DNA of 64,000 nt from Thermoanaerobaculia bacterium (lineage in GTDB: Bacteria; Acidobacteriota; Thermoanaerobaculia; Multivoradales; Multivoraceae). The position numbers and the translations under genes are program-made. The notes under the pieces are model-generated. The model was not told where the DNA came from. It saw only the letters and a list, made by a program, of their open reading frames with translations, and did not search any database. The DNA lies in contig OY761158.1 of the NCBI GenBank assembly GCA_963664405.1, positions 1,152,001 to 1,216,000 on the forward strand. Direction: 5' to 3'. Numbering within the stretch: the first letter of the stretch is position 1; the number at the start of each line of letters is the position of its first letter. This document shows positions 9,894-19,215 of the stretch, piece by piece.

Positions 9894-10188
9894 AGCGGCG
9901 GAACACAGCCTTTATCGCAGTGCCGTGGACTGAGGCTGCAGCCACTTGCAGCTGGAAAGATCACTTTCTCCCTGGACAGGCTCCCGCCCAGGGAAAGCGA
10001 TCCATGGCGTCTGAGGGTCGTCGCTGACAACGACCCTGTAGTCGAGTCTGTCGCGCAGCCATCCGGTCGAACCAGTGCTGCGGAGAGGCTCTCAGCACTG
10101 GATCGGAATGCGGATCTAAAACGCGCCGGCGCGAACGACTCCGGCATCGGCGGGCAAACACCCAAATCCTCGGAGCGGCCGAATCGGC

Positions 10189-10216
10189 TGGACAAGCAGA
10201 CGTATAGAGGTATGCT
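10189..10216 (+). promoter_or_regulatory. Candidate sigma70 promoter
   Basis: TGGACA-16 bp-TATGCT about 50 nt upstream of the acyl-CoA dehydrogenase start; an AGGAG/AGGA SD-like sequence lies near 10255-10264. Confidence 0.35.
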
Positions 10217-10266
10217 ACCGCCCGCCTAAAAAACTGAGTAGCGATGCGCTCGCGAGGAGAGGACGA

Positions 10267-11514
10267 ATGCCAAACCTGAACCCCGAACTTTTCAATCTGG
10301 CTATGTCAGACGAAGCACAGCCCTTGATGGAGGCTGTGAAAAAGCACATCAAGGACAACGTAGAACCCATCACAGAGGAATTCGAAGCTCTCCACGAGGA
10401 GAAGGAAGATCGCTGGTCATGGCATCCACGGCAGCTCGAGCTGCTCGACGGAGCCAAGGCGAAGGCAAAAGAGTCGGGCCTGTGGAACTTCTTCCTTCCT
10501 GGCTCCGAGATCGGCCGGGGCCTGACCAACCTGGACTATGCCTACATCGCAACCGAGCTAGGCCGATTCCCTCTGTCCTCGGAAACTCTCAATTGCAGCG
10601 CGCCGGACACAGGCAACATGGAAGTGCTCGAGCGGGTCGGGACCGAAGAGCAGAAAGAGAAGTGGCTGAAGCCGCTGTTGGATGGAGAAATCCGCTCGGC
10701 CTACGCCATGACCGAGCCAGGCATAGCTTCTTCGGACGCGAAGAACATCTCCACCAGCGCCGTTCTCGACGGTGACGAATGGGTCATCAATGGCGAGAAG
10801 TTCTACATCTCGGGTGCCGGTGACCCACGCTGCAAGATCCTGATCACTATGGTCAAGACCAGTCCGGATGGCCATCCGAGTCGCCAGCAGTCGCAGATTC
10901 TGGTACCGAAGGACACTCCGGGGGTCGAGATACTGGAAGGCATGCAGGTGTTCGGTCACGACCACGCCCCTCGCGGCCACATGCACCTCAGATTCAACAA
11001 CGTGCGGGTGCCGAGAGAGAACATCCTCCTTGGCGAGGGTCGCGGTTTCGAGATCTCCCAGCTCCGTCTCGGTCCAGGGCGCATTCATCACTGCATGCGC
11101 TCCCTCGGCAAAGCGGAGCAGGCGCTCGAGCTCATGGTCAAACGCGCCAGCAGCCGCGAAGCCTTCGGCAAGCCCATCGTCAAGCTGGGCAAGAACCTCG
11201 AGGTAATCTCCCGCGCCCGGATCGAGATCACTGGCATGCGCCTCGCGGTGTTGCAGGCGGCGAAGGCGATGGACGTGCTCGGCAACCAGGAGGCGAGGGT
11301 CTACGTCAGCGCGGTCAAGGCGATGGTGCCCGAGAAGGTCTGCAACATCATCGACGCAGCGATCCAGATGCACGGCGCAGCCGGCATATCGCAGTGGACA
11401 CCCCTAGCCGATCTCTACATGGATATGAGGCACCTCCGCTTCGCCGATGGACCCGACGAAGTCCACCACATGGTCGTAGGCCGGGCGGAAGTTCAGCAGT
11501 ACGGACTCTGGTAG
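10267..11514 (+). CDS. Acyl-CoA dehydrogenase
   Basis: NCSAPDTGNMEVL, AYAMTEP..ASSDA, RLGPGRIHHCMR, AIQMHGAAG, ADGPDEVH. Confidence 0.95.
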   Translation: MPNLNPELFNLAMSDEAQPLMEAVKKHIKDNVEPITEEFEALHEEKEDRWSWHPRQLELLDGAKAKAKESGLWNFFLPGSEIGRGLTNLDYAYIATELGRFPLSSETLNCSAPDTGNMEVLERVGTEEQKEKWLKPLLDGEIRSAYAMTEPGIASSDAKNISTSAVLDGDEWVINGEKFYISGAGDPRCKILITMVKTSPDGHPSRQQSQILVPKDTPGVEILEGMQVFGHDHAPRGHMHLRFNNVRVPRENILLGEGRGFEISQLRLGPGRIHHCMRSLGKAEQALELMVKRASSREAFGKPIVKLGKNLEVISRARIEITGMRLAVLQAAKAMDVLGNQEARVYVSAVKAMVPEKVCNIIDAAIQMHGAAGISQWTPLADLYMDMRHLRFADGPDEVHHMVVGRAEVQQYGLW

Positions 11515-11540
11515 AACGAGAGGTCGGTGCCCAAAGCGCG

Positions 11541-13577
11541 ATGCGATCGCACCAAAATGTACACGTTGCGCTGGCTGTAGGGCTCGTCTCTGGCTGTCTC
11601 GCCTGCACGCCGACTACCGAGACCGGCAGTTCTCTCGGCGCCGAAGGTGAGGTCACCCTCGGCATGCCAGACCCGACCTTCGGCGAGTGGTCGCCGGCCG
11701 GCGGCGCGGCGCCCCTCGGCACACCCGCATCGCGAGAGCCCTGCGCGGCGAGCGCGCCTCTGCGGGAGGCGTACTTCGGCGACCTCCACGTGCACACCGC
11801 CTTTTCGTTCGACGCCATCTCACGGGGTGGCTTCCAGACCCCAGACGATGCCTACCGCTTCGCCCGCGGCGAAGAGATCGGTCTCTCCCCCCGCGACGAG
11901 TCCGGGCAACCGTTGCGAACCATCCAGCTCGATCGTCCTCTCGACTTCGCCGCGGTAACCGATCACGCCGAATGGCTGGGAGAAGTCGTCGAGTGCACTC
12001 GCCCGGAAGCCCCGGCCTACGACACCCCAGCCTGCCGTGCGGTGCGCGGATCCGGCAACCCTTCCGACCTGGGCCAGGCGATCGCGGAGCTCTTCGGCGA
12101 CCGTCCACGCAGTGCCTCGATCTGCGGTGAAGACCCGAAGAGGTGCCGCCAAGGCTTGCTCAGCGCCTGGGAGAGAACCCAGGAAGCGGCCGAGCGCCAC
12201 TACGATCGAACCAGCGCCTGCTCCTTTACTACCTTTCATGCCTGGGAGTATACCCGCATGCCCGGCCGCTCCAAGGCGCATCGCAACGTGATCTTGCGTA
12301 ACGAGATCGTGCCGGAGCTGCCCGTATCCTGGGTGGACGAGCCCGAGGTAGAGGGCTTGTGGGACAAGCTCGAGTCCCGCTGCAACAACGGCGGCAGTTG
12401 CGAGGCGCTCACCATCCCGCACAATCCCAACATCTCCAATGGCCTCCTCTTCACGCTGGATTATGGCGACACGCCGACCGAGGCGGACCGCGCTCGTGCA
12501 GCTCGACGAGCGCAGATCGAGCCCCTGGTGGAGATGATGCAATCGAAGGGAGAGTCGGAATGTCGCCAGGGAATGTACGGCGTGGTCGGGGGCGAGGACG
12601 AGCTCTGCGACTTCGAAAAGGTGCGCTACGTCGCCGGTGAGCAACCGCCGGACTGCGAAGAAGGAACCGGCTCCGGCGCCATGGACGGCCGCGGTTGCCA
12701 GTCTCGGCTCGATTTCGTTCGCTACGGCCTCATCGAGGGCCTGCGACAGTGGCAGCGCATGGGCGTCAACCCGATCCGCGTCGGCCTCATCGGTAGCACC
12801 GACACTCACAACGGGACCCCTGGCGCCGTCGACGAGTACGCCTACCGTGGCCACAACTCGAACGTCGATTCATCGCCTCTAAAGAGGCTCACGGAGGAGG
12901 CCTACGCCCCGCACCGGCTGCGCAACCCGGGCGGTCTGGTCGGTCTCTGGGCCGAAGAGAACACGCGCGACGCCCTCTTCGACGCGATGAAACGACGAGA
13001 AGCCTTCGCCACCAGCGGTGTGCGCATCAGGCCTCGTCTCTTCGCCGGCTGGAGCCTGCCAGCCGATCTTTGCGAGCGCGACGATCTGGTGGCGACAGCC
13101 GACACCGGCGGCGTACCGATGGGTGGAGTGCTGCCCCCACAAGAGAGCTCGAATGCTCCAGTCTTCGCCGCCACCGCCCTCCAGGACCCCGGTACCACCG
13201 ATCATCCCGGGGGTCTGCTGCAGAGGATCCAGATGATCAAGGGCTGGGTGGGTGACGACGGGCTGTTCCACGAGGCCGTCTACGACATCGCCGGGGATGC
13301 GATGAACGGCGCCGACGTATCACCGGACACCTGCGAGCCGAACGGTCCGGGGGCGTCGTCCCTGTGCGGGACCTGGACCGATCCCGACTTCGATCCGGCG
13401 CGACCCGCGGTCTACTACGCGAGGATTCTCGAGAACCCAAGCTGCCGCTGGAACGCACGCCAGTGCATCGCCCTCCCAGCCGGGCAGCGACCGGACGCCT
13501 GCGGCGACCCCGAGACGCCCTGGCGCATCCAGGAACGGGCCTGGACTTCCCCGATCTGGTACGAGCCTACCAACTGA
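11541..13577 (+). CDS. DUF3604 (PHP-fold metallohydrolase) protein, probable lipoprotein
   Basis: ATG at 11541 gives a hydrophobic leader ending CLAC; YFGDLHVHT, LDFAAVTDHAE, HRNVI, IPHNPN, GSTDTH, ERAWTSPIWY. Confidence 0.85.
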   Translation: MRSHQNVHVALAVGLVSGCLACTPTTETGSSLGAEGEVTLGMPDPTFGEWSPAGGAAPLGTPASREPCAASAPLREAYFGDLHVHTAFSFDAISRGGFQTPDDAYRFARGEEIGLSPRDESGQPLRTIQLDRPLDFAAVTDHAEWLGEVVECTRPEAPAYDTPACRAVRGSGNPSDLGQAIAELFGDRPRSASICGEDPKRCRQGLLSAWERTQEAAERHYDRTSACSFTTFHAWEYTRMPGRSKAHRNVILRNEIVPELPVSWVDEPEVEGLWDKLESRCNNGGSCEALTIPHNPNISNGLLFTLDYGDTPTEADRARAARRAQIEPLVEMMQSKGESECRQGMYGVVGGEDELCDFEKVRYVAGEQPPDCEEGTGSGAMDGRGCQSRLDFVRYGLIEGLRQWQRMGVNPIRVGLIGSTDTHNGTPGAVDEYAYRGHNSNVDSSPLKRLTEEAYAPHRLRNPGGLVGLWAEENTRDALFDAMKRREAFATSGVRIRPRLFAGWSLPADLCERDDLVATADTGGVPMGGVLPPQESSNAPVFAATALQDPGTTDHPGGLLQRIQMIKGWVGDDGLFHEAVYDIAGDAMNGADVSPDTCEPNGPGASSLCGTWTDPDFDPARPAVYYARILENPSCRWNARQCIALPAGQRPDACGDPETPWRIQERAWTSPIWYEPTN

Positions 13578-13703
13578 GCACTACGGTTCAACAGACGGCG
13601 GTCACTCCTCTGACCCATGCCGGGTCCGCGAGCTCGAGCTCGATGCTACTCTGCGACGGATTCTAGCCACCGCTGAATTACCAATTGCCCCGAGGAGAAG
13701 TGA

Positions 13704-15095
13704 ATGCGCTCATCTTCGCGACCGGAGATTCCGATTGTTATCGCAATGGTCCTCGCCGTGGGCTTGGTCACGGAGCCAAAGGCTGAGGCAGACGACTCGG
13801 CGTCTTCACCGACCCAGCCGAACATCGTCTTCGTCCTCATCGACGACCTCGGCCAGGAAGGGCTCGGCTCCTACGGCTCCACCTACTCCACGCCCAACCT
13901 CGACCAGCTCGCCGCCTCAGGTATACGCTTCACTCACGCCTACGCTACGCCGCTGTGCTCGCCGACGCGGGTGAAGGTACTGACCGGGCGCCGCCTCGAC
14001 CGCGCCTACACCGAGTGGGGTCTGCTGGAGCCGACTGAGATCACTTTCGGCAATCTCCTGCGCGACGCCGGCTACGCCACTTTCGCCGCTGGGAAGTGGC
14101 AGCTCTGGGGGTTTCCGCTGGGCTGGCCTCCCGGGCCGGAGTGCTGCTACGGCCGCGGACAGACGCCGGAAGACGCGGGCTTCGACAGCTCGCTGGTTTG
14201 GCACTTCTACAACAAGGGCAGTCGCTTCTGGCATCCGCTCTTCTATCGCGACGGAGCCGACGGCGCCAAGCCGGCCGACGGCAAGTACGGCCCCGACCTG
14301 CTCACCGACTTTCTCATCGACAAGATCGAAAGCCAGGTGAAGGAGCGCCCAGAACAGCCCTTCTTCGCCTACTACCCGATGGTCCTCGTCCACTTTCCCT
14401 ACGAGCCGACGCCGGACAGCGCCGCGGAGAGGGGACGACCGGCGCCGCCAGCCGATGTCAAGAAGGGGCCCTCGCCCGAAAGCGGCGACCCTGCCAACTT
14501 CCCGGACATGGTGGCCTACACCGACAAGGCCATTGGCCGTATCCTCGCCAAGCTAGACGAGCTAGGCGTTCGTGACAACACCTTGGTGCTGGTCACCGGG
14601 GATAACGGCACACCGAGGGGTATCGACACCAAGATGAAGGACGGCAGAACGATACCCGGCGGCAAGGGACTCTCCATCGACACCGGCATTCATGTGCCGA
14701 TGTTGGCTTCGTGGCCGGGAGTGATCGAAAGCGGTCAGGTCTCTCGAGCCCTCGTCGATGTCGGCGATGTCCTGCCGACCCTCGCGGAGGCAGCAGGCGC
14801 GGCGCTCCCCCAAGACCGTGTCATCGACGGCAAGAGCTTGCTACCGGTAGCGCGAGGCGAGGTGAGTGGTGTGCGCGACTGGCTCTTCACCCACTATCAC
14901 CCGCGCTTCGGCACAGTCAAAGGAAAGGCCTGGGCATACAACCATCGCTTCAAGCTCTACGAGGACGGACGCTTTTTCGAGTGGGTGGAGGACCCTCAGG
15001 AGGAACGTCCTCTTCGAGAAGCGGCGCTGTCCCGGGAAGCAAAGGCCGCGAAGACGATGCTACAAGGGGCGCTGGATCAATCGTACGACCGATAG
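13704..15095 (+). CDS. Secreted arylsulfatase
   Basis: PNIVFVLIDDLG; CSPTR; GKWQL; GDNGT. Confidence 0.93.
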   Translation: MRSSSRPEIPIVIAMVLAVGLVTEPKAEADDSASSPTQPNIVFVLIDDLGQEGLGSYGSTYSTPNLDQLAASGIRFTHAYATPLCSPTRVKVLTGRRLDRAYTEWGLLEPTEITFGNLLRDAGYATFAAGKWQLWGFPLGWPPGPECCYGRGQTPEDAGFDSSLVWHFYNKGSRFWHPLFYRDGADGAKPADGKYGPDLLTDFLIDKIESQVKERPEQPFFAYYPMVLVHFPYEPTPDSAAERGRPAPPADVKKGPSPESGDPANFPDMVAYTDKAIGRILAKLDELGVRDNTLVLVTGDNGTPRGIDTKMKDGRTIPGGKGLSIDTGIHVPMLASWPGVIESGQVSRALVDVGDVLPTLAEAAGAALPQDRVIDGKSLLPVARGEVSGVRDWLFTHYHPRFGTVKGKAWAYNHRFKLYEDGRFFEWVEDPQEERPLREAALSREAKAAKTMLQGALDQSYDR

Positions 15096-15109
15096 AGAGC
15101 CTCGAAGAG

Positions 15110-15150
15110 CCGATCCAACGACGGGCCGCCACGCCCCGTCGTTGGATCGG
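15110..15150. repeat. Perfect 16-bp inverted repeat (hairpin)
   Basis: CCGATCCAACGACGGG-9 nt-CCCGTCGTTGGATCGG about 15 nt after the sulfatase stop; no U-tract. Confidence 0.8.
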
Positions 15151-15310
15151 AGGTATTCCGTCTGGACCAGGCTACCGACGCGTCGGGCGATTCGAAGAAG
15201 CAGGCGGCCCTCCGTTTTCTTCTGGCCCGCTGACCTGCGATAGCGAGCCCAGCCTGCATGAGCAAAGAGGCTATAGTAGCTGCCCTCTTCACTATTGGGG
15301 CTACTGAGAT

Positions 15311-16501
15311 ATGAGATTCCGACTCGAGGCCGCGTCGCTGCTTCTGCTGAGCGCAGCCGCCTTCGCCCAGGACGACTACGACACCGCGACGCTGGGAGTG
15401 AAACGCATGTTCGCCCAGGCGGCCGTGAGAGCGCTCAACGAGCCTTTTGTGGGCGTGACCAACGACGGCGCGGTTCAACCAGGCCTGTTCTCCATCCGTG
15501 CCTCCGGCGTCTCGACCGCACCGGTGGTAGAGGCCGCTGACCGTTTCCTGGCTAGCCTGAGGCCTGACCAGAAAGTGCGCACCGTCTATTCTGTTCAGGA
15601 TCCAGAGTGGCGACGCTGGTCCAATGTCGACAATGGGATCTTCCTGCGCGCCGGCGTCAGCCTCAAGGAGATGAGCGGGGAGCAGCGCGAAGCCGCGATG
15701 GCACTGATGGGTGAATCGCTCAGTGCAAGAGGCCTGCAGCTCAGCCTCGACATCATGAAGACCGACCAGACCCTGCGCGAGATAAATAACGACGTCCTGA
15801 GCTATGACGAGGATCTCTATTTCTTCACCCTGATGGGCCTACCTTCAACAACCGAGCCCTGGGGCTGGCAGATCGACGGGCATCACCTCATCATCAATTA
15901 CTTCGTGCTCGGCGACCAGGTGGTCATGACCCCGGTGTTCCTGGGCGGCGAGCCGGTGAAGGCCAAAACGGGCAAATACGCTGGAAATCACATCCTGCAG
16001 CAAGAGCAGAACCAGGGGCTGGCAATGATGCGGGCACTGGACGCTGAACAACAGGCTTCAGCGACGCTTGCCTCGAGCAAGTCGCGCAACTACAACCAGG
16101 GCGAGGCCAACAAGGACAACGCCGTAGTCGCATACCAGGGCGTTCCTGCGACCCGGCTCTCGGCTGCGCAAAGAGACCAGCTACTCGATCTCATCGGGCT
16201 GTTTATCGGAAATATGCGCGAGGGTCACGCCGAGGTTCGGATGGAGGAGGTAGCGGGCCAACTGGACAACACCAGATTCGCCTGGGCCGGAGAAGTGAGC
16301 GACGACGCCGTCTTTTACTATCGGATTCACAGCCCGGTTGTCCTAATCGAGTTCGATCACCAGTTCCCGGTCGGCACCCGGGTGATCAACAAAGAGCGCA
16401 AACCCACCCGCGACCACATTCACGTCGTGATCCGCACACCCAATGGCAATGACTACGGTAAGGACCTACTGCGGCAACACCTCGAGGCTCACCCTCACTA
16501 A
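15311..16501 (+). CDS. Secreted DUF3500-family protein
   Basis: Signal peptide; PWGWQIDGHHLIIN, FYYRIHSPVVLIEFDH, HIHVVIRTPNGNDYG. Confidence 0.85.
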   Translation: MRFRLEAASLLLLSAAAFAQDDYDTATLGVKRMFAQAAVRALNEPFVGVTNDGAVQPGLFSIRASGVSTAPVVEAADRFLASLRPDQKVRTVYSVQDPEWRRWSNVDNGIFLRAGVSLKEMSGEQREAAMALMGESLSARGLQLSLDIMKTDQTLREINNDVLSYDEDLYFFTLMGLPSTTEPWGWQIDGHHLIINYFVLGDQVVMTPVFLGGEPVKAKTGKYAGNHILQQEQNQGLAMMRALDAEQQASATLASSKSRNYNQGEANKDNAVVAYQGVPATRLSAAQRDQLLDLIGLFIGNMREGHAEVRMEEVAGQLDNTRFAWAGEVSDDAVFYYRIHSPVVLIEFDHQFPVGTRVINKERKPTRDHIHVVIRTPNGNDYGKDLLRQHLEAHPH

Positions 16502-16527
16502 TCCGGTCAACGGCCAGAACTGGCGTA

Positions 16528-17571
16528 ATGACTAGAACCGTTACGGACCAGCAAGAGTGGCTGGATCAGGGGGTCGAGGACACGCTCGAGCCGGAGCTCG
16601 AGATCTGTGACCCGCATCATCATCTAGGCGAGTTTCCCGGCCGTCGCTACTTGATGGACGAGTTGCTGGCGGACATCGGCAGCGGGCACAACGTGACGTC
16701 GACCGTGTTCGTGGAGTGTGGGGCCATGTTACGGGCGGCGGGGCCGGAGTCGATGCGGCCTGTCGGCGAGACCGAGTTTGTGAACGGCGTTGCTGCGATG
16801 AGCGCCAGCGGTTTCTATGGCGACGCCAGGGTCTGCGCCGGAATCGTCGGCTTTGCCAATCTGCTGATGGGAACGGAGGTCGGCGAGGTACTTGACGCGC
16901 ACATGCAGGCGAGCCAACGCTTTCGCGGCATCCGCCACTCGGCGGCCTGGGACCAGAGCGATGAGATTCGCAGGTCGCACGCGGATCCGCCTCAGGGGAT
17001 GTTGGCTCATCCGGTCTTCCGCGAGGGCTTTGCCGAGTTGGGAAAGCGAGGCTTGATCTTTGACGCCTGGATGTTCCATCCGCAGATACCTGAGCTCACC
17101 GACCTGGCCAGAGCCTTCCCCGACCAGCCGATCGTGCTGAATCACTTCGGCGGCCCGCTCGGAATCGGCCCTTACGCCGATCGGCGGGCAGAGATCTTTC
17201 AGTGGTGGAAGGCCGCGCTCGCCACGCTTGCCGAGTGTGAGAACGTGGTCGCCAAGCTCGGAGGACTCGTCATGGCCATCAACGGCTTCGGCTTCCACAC
17301 CGCCGACCGTCCGCCCACCTCTGAGGAGCTGGCGGCCGCGACGAGGGACTATTACCTGCACACGATCGACTGTTTCGGCCCGTCTAGATGCATGTTCGAG
17401 AGCAACTACCCCGCTGACCGGGTCAGCACGTCGTACCATGTACTGTGGAACTCATTCAAACGGATCACCCACGGATTCTCGGACGCCGACAAGGCAGCTC
17501 TGTATCACGACACCGCAACATGTACCTACGACCTAGTGGACGTAACACTCGAACGTTTAGTGGCTGAGTGA
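16528..17571 (+). CDS. Amidohydrolase-family (TIM-barrel, lactonase-like) protein
   Basis: ICDPHHHL, FRGIRH, IVLNHFGG, RCMFESNYP; the last ~11 residues are encoded by the palindromic element. Confidence 0.9.
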   Translation: MTRTVTDQQEWLDQGVEDTLEPELEICDPHHHLGEFPGRRYLMDELLADIGSGHNVTSTVFVECGAMLRAAGPESMRPVGETEFVNGVAAMSASGFYGDARVCAGIVGFANLLMGTEVGEVLDAHMQASQRFRGIRHSAAWDQSDEIRRSHADPPQGMLAHPVFREGFAELGKRGLIFDAWMFHPQIPELTDLARAFPDQPIVLNHFGGPLGIGPYADRRAEIFQWWKAALATLAECENVVAKLGGLVMAINGFGFHTADRPPTSEELAAATRDYYLHTIDCFGPSRCMFESNYPADRVSTSYHVLWNSFKRITHGFSDADKAALYHDTATCTYDLVDVTLERLVAE

Positions 17572-17701
17572 GTCATTCGTGGTCGAGATCAAGGCGCGCT
17601 GACGCAGGCATATCGGGGACTATGTCGAGGAAGCGTAACGCAGAGATCGGCCGCGAGGGCCGCTCAGGCGCTAAACGTTTGGGTGTTACGGTCCACTAGG
17701 T
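17531..17701. mobile_element. ~170-bp palindromic MITE/REP-like element flanked by CTAG
   Basis: Left arm ACCTAGTGGA-CGTAACACTCGAACGTTTAGTGGCTGAGTG against the reverse complement of the right arm ACCTAGTGGACCGTAACACCCAAACGTTTAGCGCCTGAGCG; CTAG at 17533-17536 and 17696-17699. Confidence 0.7.
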
Positions 17702-17765
17702 GGAGACGGAAGGCTGACCTGATCCTTGGACAGAGCCGCGCCACGTTCAGCAGGAGGAGAACGGC

Positions 17766-18887
17766 ATGGACTTGAATATGAAGATGCGACACTCGATGCG
17801 GCTCGCAGTGATTGCGAGCCTGACCCTGGGTGCTCCTACACTCGGCGAGGCAGCAGATCGCGATCCGCGAACGGCCAGCGGCCGGCCTGACTTTTCAGGC
17901 AACTACGATGTCTCGACCCTGACCCCCCTGCAGCGGCCGGCCGAGTTCGGTGACAACCTCGAGCTGACGCCGGCGGCCGCGGAGGCGATCATCGAGGCCG
18001 AGCGACAGCGCGTGCTCGACCGCTCACGGAACCGCGGTCCCATCGACGAGCCCCCACCCGACGGCGGAGCTCCGCCGATAGGCGTCGGCGAGGAGTTCCG
18101 CGAGCGAAGCGGAGCCGGTAATGTCGGCGGCTACAACAACTTCTGGACCGATCGCGGCACCGACGTCTTCACCGTCGACGGCAAGTTTCGAACCTCCATC
18201 CTCACCGATCCAAAGAACGGCCGGATTCCTCCGCGAACCGAGGAGGAGATACAGCGCGCGGCTGAGCGACCGCGTCGGTTCCGCCCCAACGACGGCACCG
18301 CGTGGTGGATCGACGTCGACGGCCCCGGCCCTTACGACGGTCCCGAGTCGATCTCGGTCGCCGAGCGCTGTCTGGTCGGATTCACCGGCGCGACACCGAC
18401 CCTTCCCAGCCTCTACAACAATCAGAAGAGCATCGTGCAGACCGAGGATCACGTAATGATCCTGATCGAGATGGTGCACGACGCCAGAGTCGTCCGGATG
18501 AGATCGGAGGGGCGCGCTGTAGCCCATCCGCCGCCCGAGGTGAAGCTGTGGATGGGCGACTCGATCGGATGGTGGGACGACGACACTCTGGTCATCGAGA
18601 CCACCAACTTCCACCCCCGGGCCATCCTTCGCGGCGGCAGCGAGGAGATGCGCCTGGAGGAGCGCTTCAGCCGCCTCGAAGACGGCAACGTGCTCTATCG
18701 CTTCACGGTCGAGGACGACTCGATATGGACAGATCCCTGGTCTGGTGAGTACGTCTGGCGGACAAGCGACGGCCGAGTCTTCGAGTATGCGTGCCACGAA
18801 GGTAATTACTCGATGGGCAATATCCTTCGCGGTGCCCGCGTGCTCGAGGGTGAGGAAATGGAGCAGAGCTCCAAGCGCGCTAACTGA
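17766..18887 (+). CDS. Secreted conserved protein of unknown function (GRPDFSG...EYACHEGN type)
   Basis: AGGAGGAG SD; signal peptide; motifs PRTASGRPDFSG, ERC, GDSIGWWDDDTLVIETTNF, FEYACHEGN. Confidence 0.85.
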   Translation: MDLNMKMRHSMRLAVIASLTLGAPTLGEAADRDPRTASGRPDFSGNYDVSTLTPLQRPAEFGDNLELTPAAAEAIIEAERQRVLDRSRNRGPIDEPPPDGGAPPIGVGEEFRERSGAGNVGGYNNFWTDRGTDVFTVDGKFRTSILTDPKNGRIPPRTEEEIQRAAERPRRFRPNDGTAWWIDVDGPGPYDGPESISVAERCLVGFTGATPTLPSLYNNQKSIVQTEDHVMILIEMVHDARVVRMRSEGRAVAHPPPEVKLWMGDSIGWWDDDTLVIETTNFHPRAILRGGSEEMRLEERFSRLEDGNVLYRFTVEDDSIWTDPWSGEYVWRTSDGRVFEYACHEGNYSMGNILRGARVLEGEEMEQSSKRAN

Positions 18888-19215
18888 CGCCGGACAGAGT
18901 CAACGCACCAGCTCAGCCAGCCCCGCGGCCGAATGCCAAGTGGGCTCGCGCCTGAAACGTCCAGCGACGGGGCCACTGGTGAAACCGAGCGGGCTCTCTT
19001 GCAAAGAGAAGAGCGATCGGTAGTACCTGGTGTCTGTCGCCCCTCGAGAGCCCGCGATGGCGGTAATGCCCGGCCCGGTCACGGACTCGAGCGCGAATCG
19101 TCTCGGGGTCCCAAGACCTGCCGTCGAGCGGCTCGACGAGAGTGCCGAAGCCGAAGCTTTGCAACATTCTGCTTCTCTCCCCGGAAGCTCCCCGGCGCGG
19201 AGGCCTTTGAGATTG

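Noticed and set aside
18877-19040. Possible integron attC (GCTAAC at a gene end followed by a hairpin)
   Set aside because: No proper RYYYAAC/GTTRRRY pair, no integrase and no cassette array.
19056-19125. Cobalamin riboswitch-like 3' end (AAGACCTGCC)
   Set aside because: No GGGAA or GCxACTG core, and it lies downstream of both flanking genes.
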